A stretch of 64,000 bases of DNA from a virus (Duplodnaviria > Caudoviricetes). The notes beneath the pieces were generated by a model that saw nothing but the letters and a program-made list of their open reading frames with translations, had not been told where the DNA came from and did no database searches. The stretch is from positions 224,001 through 288,000 of the IMG/VR virus record IMGVR_UViG_3300021978_000001; one strand, 5' to 3'. Numbering within the stretch: the first letter of the stretch is position 1; each line of letters opens with the position of its first letter. The position numbers and the translations under genes are program-made. Below are positions 61,711-64,000 of this stretch, piece after piece.

Positions 61711-63849
61711 TCATCGAGACAACCTTTGCTTGAGGCGTTGGTGAATCCAACCGTTGACCTCTTTGGCGAACTGCTCCAGGCGGTGGACGCGGATGTAGGC
61801 TTCCTTGGGCAGGAAGTCCAGGCAGATGGTCTCGGTGCCCTGGAAGCCCACGAAGAGCACATCCATATCTTCTCGGGTCAGGTCCTCGTACATGTTGCGC
61901 ATGATGGGGTGAGGATGGAGGTTTGTTTGTTTGCTGTGGTTGCCATCCGTGATGACAATGAGCATCTTCCGTTCTTCTTTACGGGTCTTGAGGCGCTTGG
62001 CGCCTTCCCAGAAGCCGTCCATAAGAGGTGTCCCACCATTTGGTTTGCTCTGGATAAGTTTTGTCAGAGTCAGCAGGTCGTTGGGTTCGTCGAAGTCATG
62101 GAAGACCGGAAAGCTCACCGACCCGAAGCGCGTGAACTGGTCACGCAGTCCTTGTTGCGTTGCTCTGATACCCTTGCTGGAGTCGTATGCGTTTTCTTCT
62201 CGGGCCGCTTGTTCTTCTGCGTAGTATTGCATCGAGGTTCCTTCCTGGAAACCGATGGCGCTCCACTTGACTCCGAGGTCTCCGAGGACCTCGGAGAACG
62301 CCATCATCAGCAAGTGTGGGTTGCCTCTACACATGGAGCCTGAGAGGTCCAGGACGATCTGGACGGCGGTGTTTTCGGCGCGGCGGTGCGTTTTCTTCTC
62401 GAAAGGTTTGGGTATGCGTTGTGTCGCCACGTTGACCAGCGTTCGATTCGATATTTTCCTACCACGCTTGAGGTTACGGAGCGTGCGCGTCTTGCGTTGT
62501 CCTCGCAGCAACAGCGCGAGTTGTGACTTGATAGCGGCCACATAAGGCTTGATTTTCGCCTGGGCTGCTTGGACATCGGGGATAAGGTTTGCTTTCTTTG
62601 CCGGGACAGGGAAACGGTCACGCGAGGTGGTGTAGGGGCGCGGACGCTTTAGGTTATTGTCCAGACCATCCTGGGCTCGCTTGACCAGGGCATCCGAAGG
62701 TTGCATGGCTTTCGTGGAGTTTGCGGTCGAGATGCCCCAGGTGAAATCCAGGTTCTTGGCAGGAGCCTCCGAATCATCTGAGGCTTTCTGTGGGCTCTCA
62801 GAATCGCCTGTAGCGTCTTCATCCTTATCCTGACCCTCGCCACCGCTTGGAGAGCCTTCAGAGGCTTCCTGTACATCCTCAGAGGTGTCACTTTGCCCTT
62901 GCCCTTGCCCTTGTTCGCCCTTCTCGGGCTTTTTGGTGCTTGAGTCACCGTTTGCGTCCTGGTTGTCTTGCTGGCGGTGCTCGCCTTTCTTCCCTTGTGA
63001 GGGAGCTTCTCCCTTTCCAGAACCTTGCTGTTTCTGCTGCTGCTGTTCTTTTTGCTCTTCGATAGCATTGTGGAGCTTGCCCAGGGTGCGGAGCGCGAGC
63101 GCCAGGGTGTCATAGGAGTCCCTTGCCTTGTCGGAGTCTGCAATCTCTTGTGCGAGGTTGTAGTCGGTCCACGCCTTCGCGTATTCGTCGTATTCATCGA
63201 GAGGAGCACGGTCTGTCCATTCTTCGATGATGTCACGCAGGTAGCACGTGATGTGGTCAATCTCTCGGAATTGGTCACGTTGCTCCAACTCCCACACGTC
63301 TTCGTGCGTGCGGCACAGGAGCTTGCGCGCGCCAGCCCACTCCTGGATACCGTAACGTTCGATCATGGCATCTTCGTAGATGTTCCAGAGCGAGGCGAAC
63401 AGGGAGTATTTGTAGCTGTAGCGCAACCCGGGAGTCCAGCACTGGTCGAGGATGGCTTTGAGCCTTGTCATGTCCACAGAATCCCCACGGACCGTGTAGA
63501 GGCTGTGCAGGGCCTCATGGATGATGCCTCCATCAAGGATAGCGAGGTACTCACGCGTGACTCTTGGGGGTGTCATCCCGATGACGATGGTCTTGGTCTT
63601 CGAGATGTTGATGCTCGCGTTTGGCCAGTACATCACAAGCTCTTGCATGGTCGGGGCAACGAGCTTCGTGTGGTAGTTCAAGATGTATTGCATGAAGGTG
63701 TGCAAGGGGAAGTCGCTCGCGTTGTAGTACCTGCGACCCTTGCTGATAATTTTCGTGTCATGGTCCGCCTTATCGAGTAGCATGCGCGTGATGGCACCGT
63801 GCCCGCTCTCGATCCACGTCCCTTGAATCACGTCTTCCTTGTGTGCCAT
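61711..63849 (-). CDS. CobT-like protein: N-terminal HExxH metalloprotease-like domain plus C-terminal VWA domain
   Basis: 'GGIIHEALH...NIYED..IE'; Q/E/G-rich linker; MIDAS 'VLDLSGSM', 'GGTPL', 'IVITDG'. Confidence 0.85.
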   Translation of the reverse strand: MAHKEDVIQGTWIESGHGAITRMLLDKADHDTKIISKGRRYYNASDFPLHTFMQYILNYHTKLVAPTMQELVMYWPNASINISKTKTIVIGMTPPRVTREYLAILDGGIIHEALHSLYTVRGDSVDMTRLKAILDQCWTPGLRYSYKYSLFASLWNIYEDAMIERYGIQEWAGARKLLCRTHEDVWELEQRDQFREIDHITCYLRDIIEEWTDRAPLDEYDEYAKAWTDYNLAQEIADSDKARDSYDTLALALRTLGKLHNAIEEQKEQQQQKQQGSGKGEAPSQGKKGEHRQQDNQDANGDSSTKKPEKGEQGQGQGQSDTSEDVQEASEGSPSGGEGQDKDEDATGDSESPQKASDDSEAPAKNLDFTWGISTANSTKAMQPSDALVKRAQDGLDNNLKRPRPYTTSRDRFPVPAKKANLIPDVQAAQAKIKPYVAAIKSQLALLLRGQRKTRTLRNLKRGRKISNRTLVNVATQRIPKPFEKKTHRRAENTAVQIVLDLSGSMCRGNPHLLMMAFSEVLGDLGVKWSAIGFQEGTSMQYYAEEQAAREENAYDSSKGIRATQQGLRDQFTRFGSVSFPVFHDFDEPNDLLTLTKLIQSKPNGGTPLMDGFWEGAKRLKTRKEERKMLIVITDGNHSKQTNLHPHPIMRNMYEDLTREDMDVLFVGFQGTETICLDFLPKEAYIRVHRLEQFAKEVNGWIHQRLKQRLSR

Positions 63850-63902
63850 GGCTTATCTCCGTGTCTCTTGCTCTTCAAGCTGTCGTACTGTCGTCAGATT
63901 CC

Positions 63903-63931
63903 TTGTTACCACAAAACAAACACAGTGTAAA
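63903..63931 (-). promoter_or_regulatory. Sigma70-like promoter, same architecture as 61675-61703
   Basis: TTTACA (63931-63926), 17 bp ending TTGTGG, TAACAA (63908-63903). Confidence 0.55.
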
Positions 63932-63967
63932 AGGAAAAGGTTTTGAGAAGAGTCTCAAAACCTTTTC
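63926..63967 (-). terminator. Rho-independent terminator (15-bp stem)
   Basis: GAAAAGGTTTTGAGA/TCTCAAAACCTTTTC (63934-63948/63953-63967) followed by CTTTT on the minus strand. Confidence 0.75.
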
Positions 63968-64000
63968 ACTTGCTACTTGCCACTTGCTATCAGGGGTCAG

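Noticed and set aside
1-64000. tRNA/rRNA genes, alternative genetic code, phage nucleus (ChmA/PhuZ) or multisubunit RNAP genes
   Set aside because: No cloverleaf or T-loop context found by eye; conserved genes are full-length in code 11 and TAA, TGA and TAG all serve as stops; no tubulin or RNAP motifs recognised
1-64000. Host assignment (e.g. Myxococcota/Deltaproteobacteria from GC-rich composition and host-like genes)
   Set aside because: Only a compositional impression; needs phylogeny of RecA/NusG/KhpA or CRISPR spacer matches

Overview
The window is a segment of a large tailed dsDNA bacteriophage genome (probably jumbo-sized, host not identifiable from this window). Essentially all real genes are on the minus strand. 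From left to right: (1) 1-26.3 kb is a head-morphogenesis module with terminase large and putative small subunits, portal, prohead protease, acidic scaffold, decoration protein and an HK97-type major capsid protein, surrounded by about 20 uncharacterised proteins. (2) 26.4-55.3 kb is a transcription, replication and recombination module: tandem sigma-4 protein, 5'-3' exonuclease, NusG, DnaX, HolA, HolB, beta clamp, a primase without its zinc domain, a split Rad50/SbcC, Mre11/SbcD, a PD-(D/E)xK nuclease, RecA, RuvC-like resolvase, SSB, a histone H1-like protein, a ParB-like protein, RecD2 with two homing-endonuclease inteins, and a class II ribonucleotide reductase. (3) 55.4-64 kb is an accessory or early region with KhpA, a possible divergent sigma factor, a 1.7 kb hairpin-rich poorly coding stretch, an HTH protein and a HExxH+VWA protein behind sigma70-like promoters. 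The most striking unexplained signal is a set of short peptide tags shared by otherwise unrelated proteins. A ~25-aa tag, L-x-x-x-L-I-R-L-[GA]-x-x-x-P-E-L-R-x-x-L-x-P-V-[IL], occurs on 7 proteins, and a second motif, [RKET]-V-A-x-x-[YH]-L, on 6 more. Both co-occur with recurrent [KR]-x-A-(S) sites that are also tandemly repeated in the scaffold. I infer a capsid cargo-targeting and protease-maturation system. All protein identities come from motif recognition by eye; no database search was run.
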